Below are positions 18,352 through 27,122 of a DNA stretch of 47,748 nucleotides, piece after piece. The notes below the pieces were generated by a model, which did not search any database, had not been told where the DNA came from, and saw only the letters and a program-made list of their open reading frames with translations. Numbering within the stretch: position 1 is the stretch's first letter; each line of letters opens with the position of its first letter. The stretch comes from a virus. Taxonomy: Duplodnaviria; Caudoviricetes. The stretch is from the IMG/VR virus record IMGVR_UViG_3300022697_000248, positions 1-47,748 of that record, one strand, 5' to 3'. Made by a program: the position numbers and the translations under genes.

Positions 18352-18603
18352 ATGACACAATTAGGCGCATTGCTAGATACGACTGACCAACACGCTATAT
18401 TGCGTAGCTATATACACCGATTTACGGGAGAGCATACACCATCTTGGGTACGTGGAGTTTATGCGCGGTATCCCCACTTTGCCAACGATCGTGATTGGTT
18501 AAGGGGAACCACATTCCATGTGAGGCTCGATGGGCGATTAGATAAAAGATATACTAATTGCCATTCAACTCCAACATGGCCCCACGGGAAACACGGAGGA
18601 TGA
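18352..18603 (+). CDS. Early hypothetical protein
   Basis: AAGGAGG SD; HRFTGEHTPSW...DRDWL...DGRLD...STPTWP. Confidence 0.75.
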   Translation: MTQLGALLDTTDQHAILRSYIHRFTGEHTPSWVRGVYARYPHFANDRDWLRGTTFHVRLDGRLDKRYTNCHSTPTWPHGKHGG

Positions 18604-18926
18604 GCATGTATACGCAAGTCACAATCACAAAAGAAGATGCGGCGAACGCTGATGGGCATTGTAGTGCCGGGAGGTGTCTCCTGGCAACAGCGGTCAAACG
18701 ACAGTTCCGAGTGCTAAGCGTGATCTGTATGTCGTCGGAAATTGATATTGAGGGAATCTTATACGAGTTTAGTATGAAGGACGGAGAATTTTTTAATCTT
18801 TGGACGAACTTTGGCCTGTTGAAAAAACGTGACCGGGTTGACGAGGATAAACGCCTCGTCCTGTCTCAATTGCCGCGCACTGTGAGTCTCACAAAGGCAC
18901 GCAAATGGAGGAACTATGGTTTGTAA
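18600..18926 (+). CDS. Early hypothetical protein (start revised to MSMYTQ)
   Basis: ATGA overlap with upstream stop; GGAGG SD. Confidence 0.7.
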   Translation: MSMYTQVTITKEDAANADGHCSAGRCLLATAVKRQFRVLSVICMSSEIDIEGILYEFSMKDGEFFNLWTNFGLLKKRDRVDEDKRLVLSQLPRTVSLTKARKWRNYGL

Positions 18927-19010
18927 TGTAACAACAGAACAAGATAAAGGGCCGAAAGATGGGCGATACGATGTTCTACGTGGAACACTCTGCCAACCAG
19001 GAGAACGACA

Positions 19011-19283
19011 ATGAAAACAATCACAGAAAGAGAACTGGAAAGACTAATCGGAAACGTAAATTTTGCGCTAGGGTCTCCTGTGGCCCCCTACACCAAAGAA
19101 AACGGCAAGTACCGACCCAATCCTGGCTGCTACCATCTGGCCATAGAGAGCGGCTGCTACAGCCTTCACGTTATGAGGGCATCATGTAGAGTGGACTTAG
19201 CGTTGTCCGGATCATCTAAAAGGAATTTGCATGATCAAATTCACGCCTTTTTAGGTGGTATTACGGCAGTTAAGAAAGCGTAG
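19011..19283 (+). CDS. Early hypothetical protein
   Basis: AGGAG SD; NPGCYHL...YSLH...IHAFLGGI. Confidence 0.75.
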   Translation: MKTITERELERLIGNVNFALGSPVAPYTKENGKYRPNPGCYHLAIESGCYSLHVMRASCRVDLALSGSSKRNLHDQIHAFLGGITAVKKA

Positions 19284-19309
19284 ATATTCGGCCTAAAAGG
19301 AGGACTAAA

Positions 19310-19480
19310 ATGATGTGCGCAGCCTGTGGAGAACTTGTGGAAACCAATGTTAATAACCTGTGCCCTGATTGCCAGGACTTATTGGATGTTGAGCAGGAAT
19401 TATTGCAGGACGAACACAGAGACATTCCGCCCCCTCCCGTTGCTAGGCGATACGATTGGCAAAAATGGAAAATAGATTAA
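19310..19480 (+). CDS. Small zinc-finger protein (56 aa, not in ORF track)
   Basis: AAGGAGG SD; MMCAACGE...LCPDCQ. Confidence 0.7.
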   Translation: MMCAACGELVETNVNNLCPDCQDLLDVEQELLQDEHRDIPPPPVARRYDWQKWKID

Positions 19481-19506
19481 TTCATAACAAAATTGGAGGT
19501 GACAAT

Positions 19507-19818
19507 GTGGCGACAAACAACAACAGGCAAATTGGTGTGGAGGATAACGCCGACAGGCCTGCGTCCACGCACATCCCTGCGGATGTATTACGCACAGGCC
19601 CGCCGCTGGCTTGGTGGCAGCTTCAAATCACAATTATCATTGACAGCTACAAAGCCCAAATTGAACGTGAAAAGAAAATGCTCGATGAAATAAGTGCCCT
19701 TTTGGGTGCGATATCTCTCAGAAAAGAGCTTGAGCATACGATTTTGGAAAAATCTATTTTTATATGCAGGCTGCAGGAGCTAATAGCATGGGCACATGAT
19801 TATAAACCGGACGTATGA
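19507..19818 (+). CDS. Hypothetical protein (frame ambiguous with the overlapping ORF ending at 19693)
   Basis: GGAGG SD precedes overlapping ATG/GTG starts in two frames. Confidence 0.4.
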   Translation: MATNNNRQIGVEDNADRPASTHIPADVLRTGPPLAWWQLQITIIIDSYKAQIEREKKMLDEISALLGAISLRKELEHTILEKSIFICRLQELIAWAHDYKPDV

Positions 19819-19934
19819 CCCGCAAGGGGTGCACGTCGTTGGCTGTGGGGTGTGTGGCCAGGTCTGTCTGCCGTTCCCGGACCTGGACTCAATCCAGTGT
19901 TCTTGGTGTTGGTATAACGAGAAGGAGGCAAATC

Positions 19935-20093
19935 ATGAACACGACGATCACGAAAAATGATTTAGAGGCTCATGCTAAAATGATCAGGATATGGGCAGGT
20001 GATACCGACAAGTGGGAAGATAAGCCAATTAATGTGGGGTGGGCATTGATGGTTGCCCGTGATATCGAGGCGGCCAGCAGGAAAATGGACTAA
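19935..20093 (+). CDS. Last early hypothetical protein (start revised to MNTTIT)
   Basis: AAGGAGG SD. Confidence 0.7.
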   Translation: MNTTITKNDLEAHAKMIRIWAGDTDKWEDKPINVGWALMVARDIEAASRKMD

Positions 20094-20118
20094 GGGGCGG
20101 AATCTTCTCTTTAGATAA

Positions 20119-20166
20119 TAGTTAGACAATTCCTAATACAGAGTCTTAGGAATTGTTGTCTAACTA
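20119..20166. repeat. Long inverted repeat (terminator or origin element)
   Basis: TAGTTAGACAATTCCTAA / TTAGGAATTG(TTG)TCTAACTA. Confidence 0.75.
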
Positions 20167-20341
20167 AAAGAGGTTTTGTATTCCTAAAGAGTGTATGGCT
20201 ATTTTGGTTTTTTTTTATATCCGGAGGCACTCTTGAGATGCCCAATTGCTCCTTGCCCTCTGGGCACCGCATTGGTCTAAGAATTCGTGCCTAGCTTCAA
20301 TGGGGTGCCGTACCGGCAATATCCGGATAAGAGAAGTTTCT

Positions 20342-20370
20342 TAAATATCATATTTTTGGTCTTTCGTCAA
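20342..20370 (-). promoter_or_regulatory. Leftward sigma70-like promoter with no downstream ORF
   Basis: Minus strand TTGACG-17 nt-TATTTA with TGn extension. Confidence 0.5.
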
Positions 20371-20592
20371 CTGGCAATACTTTTTTTTGATTGAATATTT
20401 TTCGCAAAATTGATTATATTTTTTATATTTTACGCAAACACTATGGACTGTTATGATTTATTGTGTAATGTTACGCAATTATATAATGAATAGTGGCAGG
20501 AAAATGTAAAAGAAGCGTGGCGCAGCTTACAGACAGGTTGAATCAACAATGCGATAATTTTGGAGAGAGCAAAGAAGGAGGGAACATAAATA

Positions 20593-20943
20593 ATGAGGAA
20601 ACGCATCATCAATATTCACATTGAGGCAGAGGAAAACACATTCATCACGGCCAAGAAGAATAAAGGCTACACCATCAACGGCTACATTCGAGCCTTAATC
20701 CGAAACGAAATGGAAAAGGCAGAATCCCAAGAAGCCGATCACACCATGACCGCCGCCCAAGCCCAAGCCGTCAGTCTCAAGGCTCTCTACGCCGAAGGCC
20801 ACCATGGCATCCCTCAATTGCATGATTCATGGGAGGCAAAGATTACGGCAATCAAAAAAGAGGCTGAAGAACACCCCGAAGAGTTTGATCTAGACGAGAC
20901 CGAGGAAGATGGTGATCCGGGGCAGGGGACGGATCAAATGTAA
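20593..20943 (+). CDS. Ribbon-helix-helix (Arc/CopG-like) regulator with acidic tail
   Basis: KRIINIHI strand, helix, then GYTINGYIRALIRNEM; AAGGAGG SD. Confidence 0.7.
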   Translation: MRKRIINIHIEAEENTFITAKKNKGYTINGYIRALIRNEMEKAESQEADHTMTAAQAQAVSLKALYAEGHHGIPQLHDSWEAKITAIKKEAEEHPEEFDLDETEEDGDPGQGTDQM

Positions 20944-20951
20944 AAAGACTC

Positions 20952-20980
20952 TTGACAAAACAATTACAGATACGTATAAG
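20952..20980 (+). promoter_or_regulatory. Sigma70 promoter of the recombination/replication operon
   Basis: TTGACA-17 nt-TATAAG, 40 nt upstream of ORF 21020. Confidence 0.75.
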
Positions 20981-21019
20981 TAAAATATAGACAGCAAACA
21001 TCAACATGGGGGTGGCAGC

Positions 21020-21646
21020 ATGGCAACTGAATTGCAGCACATCAAAGATAGTGGGATTACATTCCTAGAAAAATGTGAAAAATTAACGTGTCGCAACGAG
21101 AGTGAACGCGCGGTGTGTAACTCGCTGGTGCTCGCGGCTACTGAACGTGTGAAGCAGATCAAAAAAATTGGGGCCATACCCGTTAAGGCGGCGGCGGACA
21201 ATCTCGCAACAACCAAAAAACATTTCGGGTCTATTGCCCAACCATTCATTTTGGCCTCAGAGTTAATCTCCAAAAAGCTGGGGGCGTACCTCCTGGAGCA
21301 AAGAAAGGCACAGAATGAGCTACAACGCGAAGAAGTGCAGCGTGCACTCACCTCTCATACTCCCGCAGAAATAGTCATAGGCCCTGAGAAAACGCAGAAA
21401 ACAGAGGAAGGGTCCGTGACGATGCGGCTTATTAAAACATTCGATTTCGGATCAATCATTGTTGATGGCCAAATCATCGATGGCATGGAGGCAAACAGGA
21501 CATCAGAAGGTCTTAGGGATTTACCAGATTTTCTTTTCACTCTTGATATGGTCGCCACCAGGAAATGGGCGTTGAGTGGCGTGCAGTGTGTCGGTCTTAA
21601 GGGATATGTAAAGCCGTCTATTAGTAAGCGAGTGTCCACAATCTAA
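21020..21646 (+). CDS. Coiled-coil protein of the recombination module
   Basis: 208 aa, helical N-terminal half; heads the nuclease/RecT operon. Confidence 0.7.
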   Translation: MATELQHIKDSGITFLEKCEKLTCRNESERAVCNSLVLAATERVKQIKKIGAIPVKAAADNLATTKKHFGSIAQPFILASELISKKLGAYLLEQRKAQNELQREEVQRALTSHTPAEIVIGPEKTQKTEEGSVTMRLIKTFDFGSIIVDGQIIDGMEANRTSEGLRDLPDFLFTLDMVATRKWALSGVQCVGLKGYVKPSISKRVSTI

Positions 21647-21654
21647 CATCCCAC

Positions 21655-21764
21655 TGGCCGGTGTAAGGAGATAAAAACTGGAAAAATGCAGGGCTTCTCA
21701 ATAGCCACATATTGAGACAATGGATCAGACCAGAAACTTCTGAGGCTTCCCTTATTCGCGGCCA
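21655..21764 (+). ncRNA. Candidate structured RNA upstream of the DIP1984-like gene
   Basis: Closing stem TGGCCG..TAAGG / CCTTA..CGGCCA, inner CTGG/CCAG, hairpin GGCT-TCTCAAT-AGCC whose loop complements ATTGAGA. Confidence 0.6.
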
Positions 21765-21786
21765 TCTATCACAGAAGGAGAGACGT

Positions 21787-22299
21787 ATGAAGTTGATCGA
21801 AGCGATGAAAGCCGTGAAGGCGAACAAAGAAAAAATTGTGGATCTTCAGCGCAAAATCACAGAAAATTGTGCCAACCTCACGCATGAGACGCCACAATAC
21901 GGAGTGGATACGCTTGACATGGTGGCCTCATGGGTCAATTCCTGTACCGATCTCTCTGTTGACAATATTGATCTTTTGCTGGCGATTCAACGTACTAATC
22001 TTGCGACCAATGTTTCAATGGTGATTGGTCCAGACACTATTGAACGATGTATTGCGTATTGGGTATGGCGAAGGCGTGAGTACGCCGCCTCGGATCAGGC
22101 GACCTATAAATGTCTGGGCGATAGAGGGCTGAAAGAAGGCAAGATGCCTCAATCGGTTGGTCCTCCGGTCGAGATCAAAATCCAACGACATTTTTCACCT
22201 GCCCAGAGAGACGTCAAGATTGATCGGTATCGGTCAGAGCCTCATATTATTGATGCCACACTCGAGGTGATTAACGCGACCACGGAATTGCTGTTGTGA
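21787..22299 (+). CDS. DIP1984/DUF6847-like helical coiled-coil protein (start revised to MKLIEAMK)
   Basis: AAGGAG SD; MKLIEAMK...ETPQY...LLLAIQRTNLAT...IAYWVWRR...IDATLEVINATTELL resembles this family's MKLAEAL...IxxTN...LQxxNxxTEL pattern. Confidence 0.7.
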   Translation: MKLIEAMKAVKANKEKIVDLQRKITENCANLTHETPQYGVDTLDMVASWVNSCTDLSVDNIDLLLAIQRTNLATNVSMVIGPDTIERCIAYWVWRRREYAASDQATYKCLGDRGLKEGKMPQSVGPPVEIKIQRHFSPAQRDVKIDRYRSEPHIIDATLEVINATTELLL

Positions 22300-22826
22300 C
22301 GATACCGAGAGTCACCGAAATTTGCTCCCTGTTCTACCCGTGCGACTTCTATGATGATCTGGCGACAGAGGCTGGTACGTTTTTCCACGAATATATTGCG
22401 GCGGCGTTGAGCGACAATAATATAATAGCACATGAGTTTGATGCGCTAGGGGCAGAACCCTTCCTGGCACCATTAGGACAGTGGCTACGCAGTGAAGTAA
22501 CGATGATTCTCGAAGTTGAAAATCAGGAGTTTGGAGTAGACAAAAGCTTTAGCGGACGGCCTGATGCGATCCTTGAAACACGCAGCTATGGCAGAATATT
22601 TGTTGATTGGAAAACAGGAAAATCAGAGACAGAGGCTCATAAAATGCAGTCATCGTGTTATGAATTATTGATCAGTTTAAAATGGGGCACCATGAAGTGT
22701 CGGAGGCTATATCTTGGTAATGGGCGGGTAGATATAAAGCGGACCACCAATCCGGCTGGCTATCAAGCCGCCTTTCTCGCGGGGGTGAGATTTTGGGAAG
22801 CCAAACACATGCTCAAGGGGCTGTAA
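22296..22826 (+). CDS. PD-(D/E)XK exonuclease (RecB/Cas4-like), partner of RecT
   Basis: GTFFHEY...EVE...SGRPDAI...VDWKTG...QSSCY. Confidence 0.85.
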   Translation: MTIPRVTEICSLFYPCDFYDDLATEAGTFFHEYIAAALSDNNIIAHEFDALGAEPFLAPLGQWLRSEVTMILEVENQEFGVDKSFSGRPDAILETRSYGRIFVDWKTGKSETEAHKMQSSCYELLISLKWGTMKCRRLYLGNGRVDIKRTTNPAGYQAAFLAGVRFWEAKHMLKGL

Positions 22827-23185
22827 GGCCCTACGCGAACAATCCCCAGGCACAGGCGATGCTCAAAGAACAGGTGGCCTGTAAATGCGGGTGCGGGGTG
22901 ATGCTTCTTAAATACAAAACAAACAATTACGGTTTCATGAGTGGCGGCATTCGTGTATTTCTGCCAACGCATTTCCGCAAGAAACACAATGGGAATGAGA
23001 CAAGGTGGGCGCCGCCGGATACAAGTATTGGCGTCAAGCAAAATTGCTCAAAATGCGGGAGCACCGCAACGTACAAAGACGCTGGATCAGATCAAGGAGT
23101 ATTTTACGAAGCGCTTGTTTGCTTTATCTGCGGGCTTCGCGTGTACCCGCAAAACATACTAGGAAAGGGGAGGCATGAGTACTGA
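22793..23185 (+). CDS. Zinc-binding hypothetical protein
   Basis: CKCGCG motif, CSKC and CFIC. Confidence 0.6.
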   Translation: MGSQTHAQGAVRPYANNPQAQAMLKEQVACKCGCGVMLLKYKTNNYGFMSGGIRVFLPTHFRKKHNGNETRWAPPDTSIGVKQNCSKCGSTATYKDAGSDQGVFYEALVCFICGLRVYPQNILGKGRHEY

Positions 23186-24329
23186 AAAAGGATTGTTTCA
23201 TGTGAACGACGCGCCAAAATCGCAAGCAACCGTCGAAGACATCCTCAGATTGAACAAAGACCACATTGGGGAGTTATTACCCAGATATTTCAATCAAGAA
23301 AGATTCCTCGCCTCAGCGTTGGCTTTATTGCGGCAATCTCCGGCCTTAGCGACATGCAGCCCATCAAGTTTCTTTGGGGCCTTGGTTCAGAGCGCACAAT
23401 TAGGGCTGACCCCTGGCGTATTAGGGTTAAGTTATTTCGTGCCATTTTGGAACAATAAAAGTCATAGCCGGGAAGTGCAGCTGATACCGGGATACAAGGG
23501 ATTAATGGCGCTGGCCTGGGCCTCAAACCATATCAAAAAGATAGATGCACAGGTTGTCTATGAGTCCGATCTCTTTGATTATCAGCTCGGCACTGAAACG
23601 CGGATTACCCACAAGCCAACCGCTGGCGCACGGGGTGGCGCGGTGGCGTACTACGCCTACGTCAAACTGGACACCGATGAATTGCTGATCCATGTCATGA
23701 CGCGAGAAGAAGTCGATGGGCACAAGCGACGGTATTCGAAAGCCGCCAATGACGGACCATGGAAAACGGACTTCGATGCCATGGCCTTGAAGACCTGCAT
23801 CCGCCGTGTTCTCAAATTATGCCCACAATCCACAGAGACTATGCGGGGAGTCTTTTTGGATGAACAGGCCGAATCACAGATAGGACAGAGCCTGGGGGAC
23901 ACTGTGTTCAAATTTGAGGGACTTGACAGGCTGGACTGGGAGAATTCAACGCCTGAGCCTGGCGAAGATCAGACGAATGACTCGCCATTTGACTGCAAGG
24001 GACCTCCCTATGGAGCGTATGCCAATAAGGAATTAGGGGAAATTCCGACCCCGGTGCTGAACAGCATCATGAAAACCTCACAAAAGACGTTATTGGATCA
24101 GAATAAATCACAATACCACAATGAATGCACTGAACGAATACGGTGTATTGAGATTGTGATAGCGAGAAGGGCAGATGTAGAAGCCCTCTATGCCGCCCAA
24201 GAGAAGGTATTGACACCAAAGGAGCTACTAGGAAATGAGTCAAAGCTCAAAGAACTTGAAGATGCCATCCGCGAAACCAAGGCCGAAACCACAAAAGATC
24301 AAGTGGATCAAGCAGCTAGTTTGTCGTAG
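23175..24329 (+). CDS. recT: RecT-family single-strand annealing protein
   Basis: LATCSPSSFFGALVQSAQLGL, SYFVPF, QLIPGYKGL, VYESDLF, GPWKTDFDAMALKTCIRR. Confidence 0.95.
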   Translation: MSTEKGLFHVNDAPKSQATVEDILRLNKDHIGELLPRYFNQERFLASALALLRQSPALATCSPSSFFGALVQSAQLGLTPGVLGLSYFVPFWNNKSHSREVQLIPGYKGLMALAWASNHIKKIDAQVVYESDLFDYQLGTETRITHKPTAGARGGAVAYYAYVKLDTDELLIHVMTREEVDGHKRRYSKAANDGPWKTDFDAMALKTCIRRVLKLCPQSTETMRGVFLDEQAESQIGQSLGDTVFKFEGLDRLDWENSTPEPGEDQTNDSPFDCKGPPYGAYANKELGEIPTPVLNSIMKTSQKTLLDQNKSQYHNECTERIRCIEIVIARRADVEALYAAQEKVLTPKELLGNESKLKELEDAIRETKAETTKDQVDQAASLS

Positions 24330-24426
24330 ATGCGCGCATACGTGGTTTCCGAGAACTGGTATTTCTCCGCGGACTTGCCCTGCGTGTAAAAACTATTTTT
24401 GGTACCTGCCCAGGAGTTCAAAGTGA
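24235..24426 (+). CDS. Small zinc-ribbon protein overlapping the recT 3' end
   Basis: CRRCAHTWFPR...PRTCPACKNYFW. Confidence 0.65.
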   Translation: MSQSSKNLKMPSAKPRPKPQKIKWIKQLVCRRCAHTWFPRTGISPRTCPACKNYFWYLPRSSK

Positions 24427-24515
24427 ATACTCCATACGGCTATTGTCAATGCGGGTGCGGCCAGAAAACGTCTATCGCACAACGCAACCGTTGCAAAGAA
24501 TTGCTATGGGTCTAA
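24423..24515 (+). pseudogene. Truncated CxCGCG-type (HNH N-terminus-like) remnant
   Basis: AGGAG SD; VNTPYGYCQCGCGQKTSIAQRNR... stops after 30 aa. Confidence 0.5.
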
Positions 24516-24655
24516 CCTTTCTTAGCCGCTGCGCGCATTGTCGCCGAAGGGCCACGCCTGAGTATCGCCTGGAGGTGAACTATTCAGGCGCCCTCAAACG
24601 GTGGCTGTGCTTAGCGTGTTTTTTTAGGTTAGGAGGTGGGAAGTGCCCGAATTAG
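24506..24655 (+). CDS. Small zinc-finger protein
   Basis: CAHC...CLAC; probable start MGLTFL. Confidence 0.45.
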   Translation: MGLTFLSRCAHCRRRATPEYRLEVNYSGALKRWLCLACFFRLGGGKCPN

Positions 24656-24981
24656 ATCTCGTCGATTTCAGATGCAGCGCGGCGTGGCTCAACTATTACC
24701 ATGCGCGTGGCTATACGCCGAGGTTTGATCTTTCGACGGAAATCCATACTCTCAAAGATCTAGATGAGAGCATTAGGAAACTAAAGGTGGAGCGAAGCCG
24801 CGTCATGGTGCGCGACGAAGAATGGTTTGAGAAACAGACAACCAATGGGTCTTTGCAACGGATGCTCGACAAGAAGCAAGAAGAAATACAGGCATTGCGG
24901 AATGAATTGATTACGCTCCATCGTAAAAATATACAGATGTCTCACGAAACAGAACATCGAGGCATTAAGAGTACAGATTAA
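24643..24981 (+). CDS. Hypothetical coiled-coil protein
   Basis: AGGAGG SD before GTG. Confidence 0.65.
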   Translation: MPELDLVDFRCSAAWLNYYHARGYTPRFDLSTEIHTLKDLDESIRKLKVERSRVMVRDEEWFEKQTTNGSLQRMLDKKQEEIQALRNELITLHRKNIQMSHETEHRGIKSTD

Positions 24982-25003
24982 ACCAAACAAAAAGGAGAGC
25001 ACA

Positions 25004-25297
25004 ATGCAAGCAAAATTGAAACCCTATGTGGTGTGCTGCGAGCCGAGGATTGTGCTTTTTGGGTGGCTCACACAGAGTGAAACAATCAAAGAGTGTCCAA
25101 CGTTAGTGAACTCGCAGATGCTAATTTATTGGCCAGCGAGTTGTAAGGGGCTGTTCGGCGTGGTGAAAAATGGTCCTTCCGAGGGGTGCAGGGTCACGCC
25201 TCCCGTCCTTCGGCACACGATACGTACAAAAGTAGAATGTCTGATGGCTGTGTCAGCCGACGCAGCTAAAAAGTGGGCATTAGAGCCATGGGGATGA
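25004..25297 (+). CDS. DUF6948-like small phage protein
   Basis: YVV...VLFGWL...LIYW...GLFGV..NGP...SADAAKKW; AAGGAG SD. Confidence 0.65.
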   Translation: MQAKLKPYVVCCEPRIVLFGWLTQSETIKECPTLVNSQMLIYWPASCKGLFGVVKNGPSEGCRVTPPVLRHTIRTKVECLMAVSADAAKKWALEPWG

Positions 25298-25635
25298 GGC
25301 AGAAGATACTCGCAAAATACGGGAACTTGGACTACGCGCAAAGATACGGGCAAGAGACTGGGGACGGGATCGGGGTCGGGCACTCGTATTTGCGCTCGTA
25401 TGGGAACTGGGAAGGTTCAGAGTGCGGGTACAGTTACAAGCAAGGGGACGGCGGATCGATTTTAAAAATAACAAAAAACGGCAGCACTATTTTTATCGAA
25501 TCTGTGATGCATAAGATAGTCACCTGTCTGGGCGACGTTGGGGCCAAGACTGCTCGCAAGTACGGCATTGCGCTCGATAGTAGTGTTTACGTCCACCTAC
25601 GTGCCTTGCTCAGTCATTGGGCATCGACTGAGTAG
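25288..25635 (+). CDS. Hypothetical protein with degenerate Gly/Tyr/Asp repeats
   Basis: YGQETGDGIGVGHSY...YG...GYSY..GDG; follows the DUF6948-like gene. Confidence 0.5.
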   Translation: MGMRQKILAKYGNLDYAQRYGQETGDGIGVGHSYLRSYGNWEGSECGYSYKQGDGGSILKITKNGSTIFIESVMHKIVTCLGDVGAKTARKYGIALDSSVYVHLRALLSHWASTE

Positions 25636-25661
25636 CACCAGAGAGGCATTCGGGAATAATA

Positions 25662-26873
25662 TTGGACCCAACAACCGTAACCGCAGTAAAAAATGGAGTG
25701 GTGGCTGAATGGGAATCAATAAGGATTGAAGTCTTTAACATTCAGCCGAGACGTATGGGAGCTGTAGCCGAAATTTCGCTTTATAGTCATGGCTACCTAT
25801 TGGACTACTGCATTCAGAATATTATTGATACGCAAAAAACAAATAATCTGGTACGGAAAATGAGTAGCCTCAACAAAACGCCGCACTGGGCCAGCATGAT
25901 TACCACCGCTTTATTATTGGCAAAAAAAGCTTTCGATGACCAGAACCCCATACAAAAGATTGAAGACCTTCTTTTGCTCAAGCAGTCTTTTCGTTGGGTG
26001 GCCCGACCTTTCCTTGCTGAGAATCTTCCCACAATTCTTTTTGGTCCTGGCGGGACAGGGAAGTCAAAATTTGCGGTCTGGCTCTCGTGCATGTTGCAGA
26101 ATGGCATTGAGGCGGACCCCTGGCTCAAGATTAAGCAGGCCTGGAATGTATTGTACCTCGACTGGGAGTCAGACGAGGAAGAAATGGGGTATTTCTGTGG
26201 GGGATTGCGGCAGGCAAATCCTGAGTTTATTGAGCTGCCATTGTATCGGAGATGCGAGCAACCCATCACCAGCGAGGCGGTCAACCTTTCAAAAATGATA
26301 GCCAGCAACAAGGTAGACATCATCATTATCGACTCATTAGCGCTGGCCTGTGGGGGAGACCCTGTAAGTCCGGAGTCTGCATTTACCTTTTTTCGCACTA
26401 TTCGGTTTTTGGGATGCCATGCATTGATATTAGCTCATCCACCAAAGTACACAGAGCAGGGAAAAATGGCCGATGTGTTCGGGTCTGCATTTTTCCAAAA
26501 CTTGACACGCTCAGTATGGGAAATGCAGCGCGTCAATGAAGGATCTCACCATATCGGATTATTTCATAGAAAGTGTAACTACTCCCAACTCTTCAGGCCG
26601 TTAGGGTGGGAGATAAAATATAGCTATGACCCATGGAGTGTCGAGTTGGCGTACAAAGATTTATGGGGAACAGATTTGGAGGCACGGCTCCCTCTTGGTG
26701 ACAGGATAGAGCATTTATTGGGCGAGGCACCCAATATGACGACCAAAGAGATCACGGAAGGTCTGGGCATGGATACAAAGAAATGGAAGATCGTCTTTGC
26801 GGCTCTGACCAAAGATAGCAGGTTTGATTGTACCGGCAAAGGGAAGCCCGAAGATGAAACATGGTTCTTATAA
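25662..26873 (+). CDS. RecA-fold AAA_25/RepA-like replicative helicase with C-terminal wHTH
   Basis: Walker A GPGGTGKS, VLYLDWE, Walker B IIIIDS, LILAHPPK, FGSAFFQNLTRSVW. Confidence 0.88.
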   Translation: MDPTTVTAVKNGVVAEWESIRIEVFNIQPRRMGAVAEISLYSHGYLLDYCIQNIIDTQKTNNLVRKMSSLNKTPHWASMITTALLLAKKAFDDQNPIQKIEDLLLLKQSFRWVARPFLAENLPTILFGPGGTGKSKFAVWLSCMLQNGIEADPWLKIKQAWNVLYLDWESDEEEMGYFCGGLRQANPEFIELPLYRRCEQPITSEAVNLSKMIASNKVDIIIIDSLALACGGDPVSPESAFTFFRTIRFLGCHALILAHPPKYTEQGKMADVFGSAFFQNLTRSVWEMQRVNEGSHHIGLFHRKCNYSQLFRPLGWEIKYSYDPWSVELAYKDLWGTDLEARLPLGDRIEHLLGEAPNMTTKEITEGLGMDTKKWKIVFAALTKDSRFDCTGKGKPEDETWFL

Positions 26874-26882
26874 GGTGAAGAG

Positions 26883-27122
26883 ATGAGTGTAACGGTAGAA
26901 TTTACGTGTGGTGGATGTCACGCTAAAACAGTTGGCACAAGGCCTCTTCGCCGAGAATTTTTCAGTGTGTCTGGTAGGTCCTACGGTATTGGTAGCTACC
27001 GATATGATAAAGCGGAGGACGTTGCACCTTGTGGCTGGGTTGCATTTGATACTTGGACTGGCTGCTGTTATTGCCCCGAGTGTTGGGCGGGGATTAATTT
27101 GGAAAGAGAGGTGAACGGATGA
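26883..27122 (+). CDS. Small zinc-binding protein
   Basis: CGGC...CYCPECW. Confidence 0.7.
   Translation: MSVTVEFTCGGCHAKTVGTRPLRREFFSVSGRSYGIGSYRYDKAEDVAPCGWVAFDTWTGCCYCPECWAGINLEREVNG

Noticed and set aside
22296-22826. Cas4 / CRISPR-associated locus
   Set aside because: No Fe-S cysteine set, no array and no other cas genes; context is RecT-linked recombination
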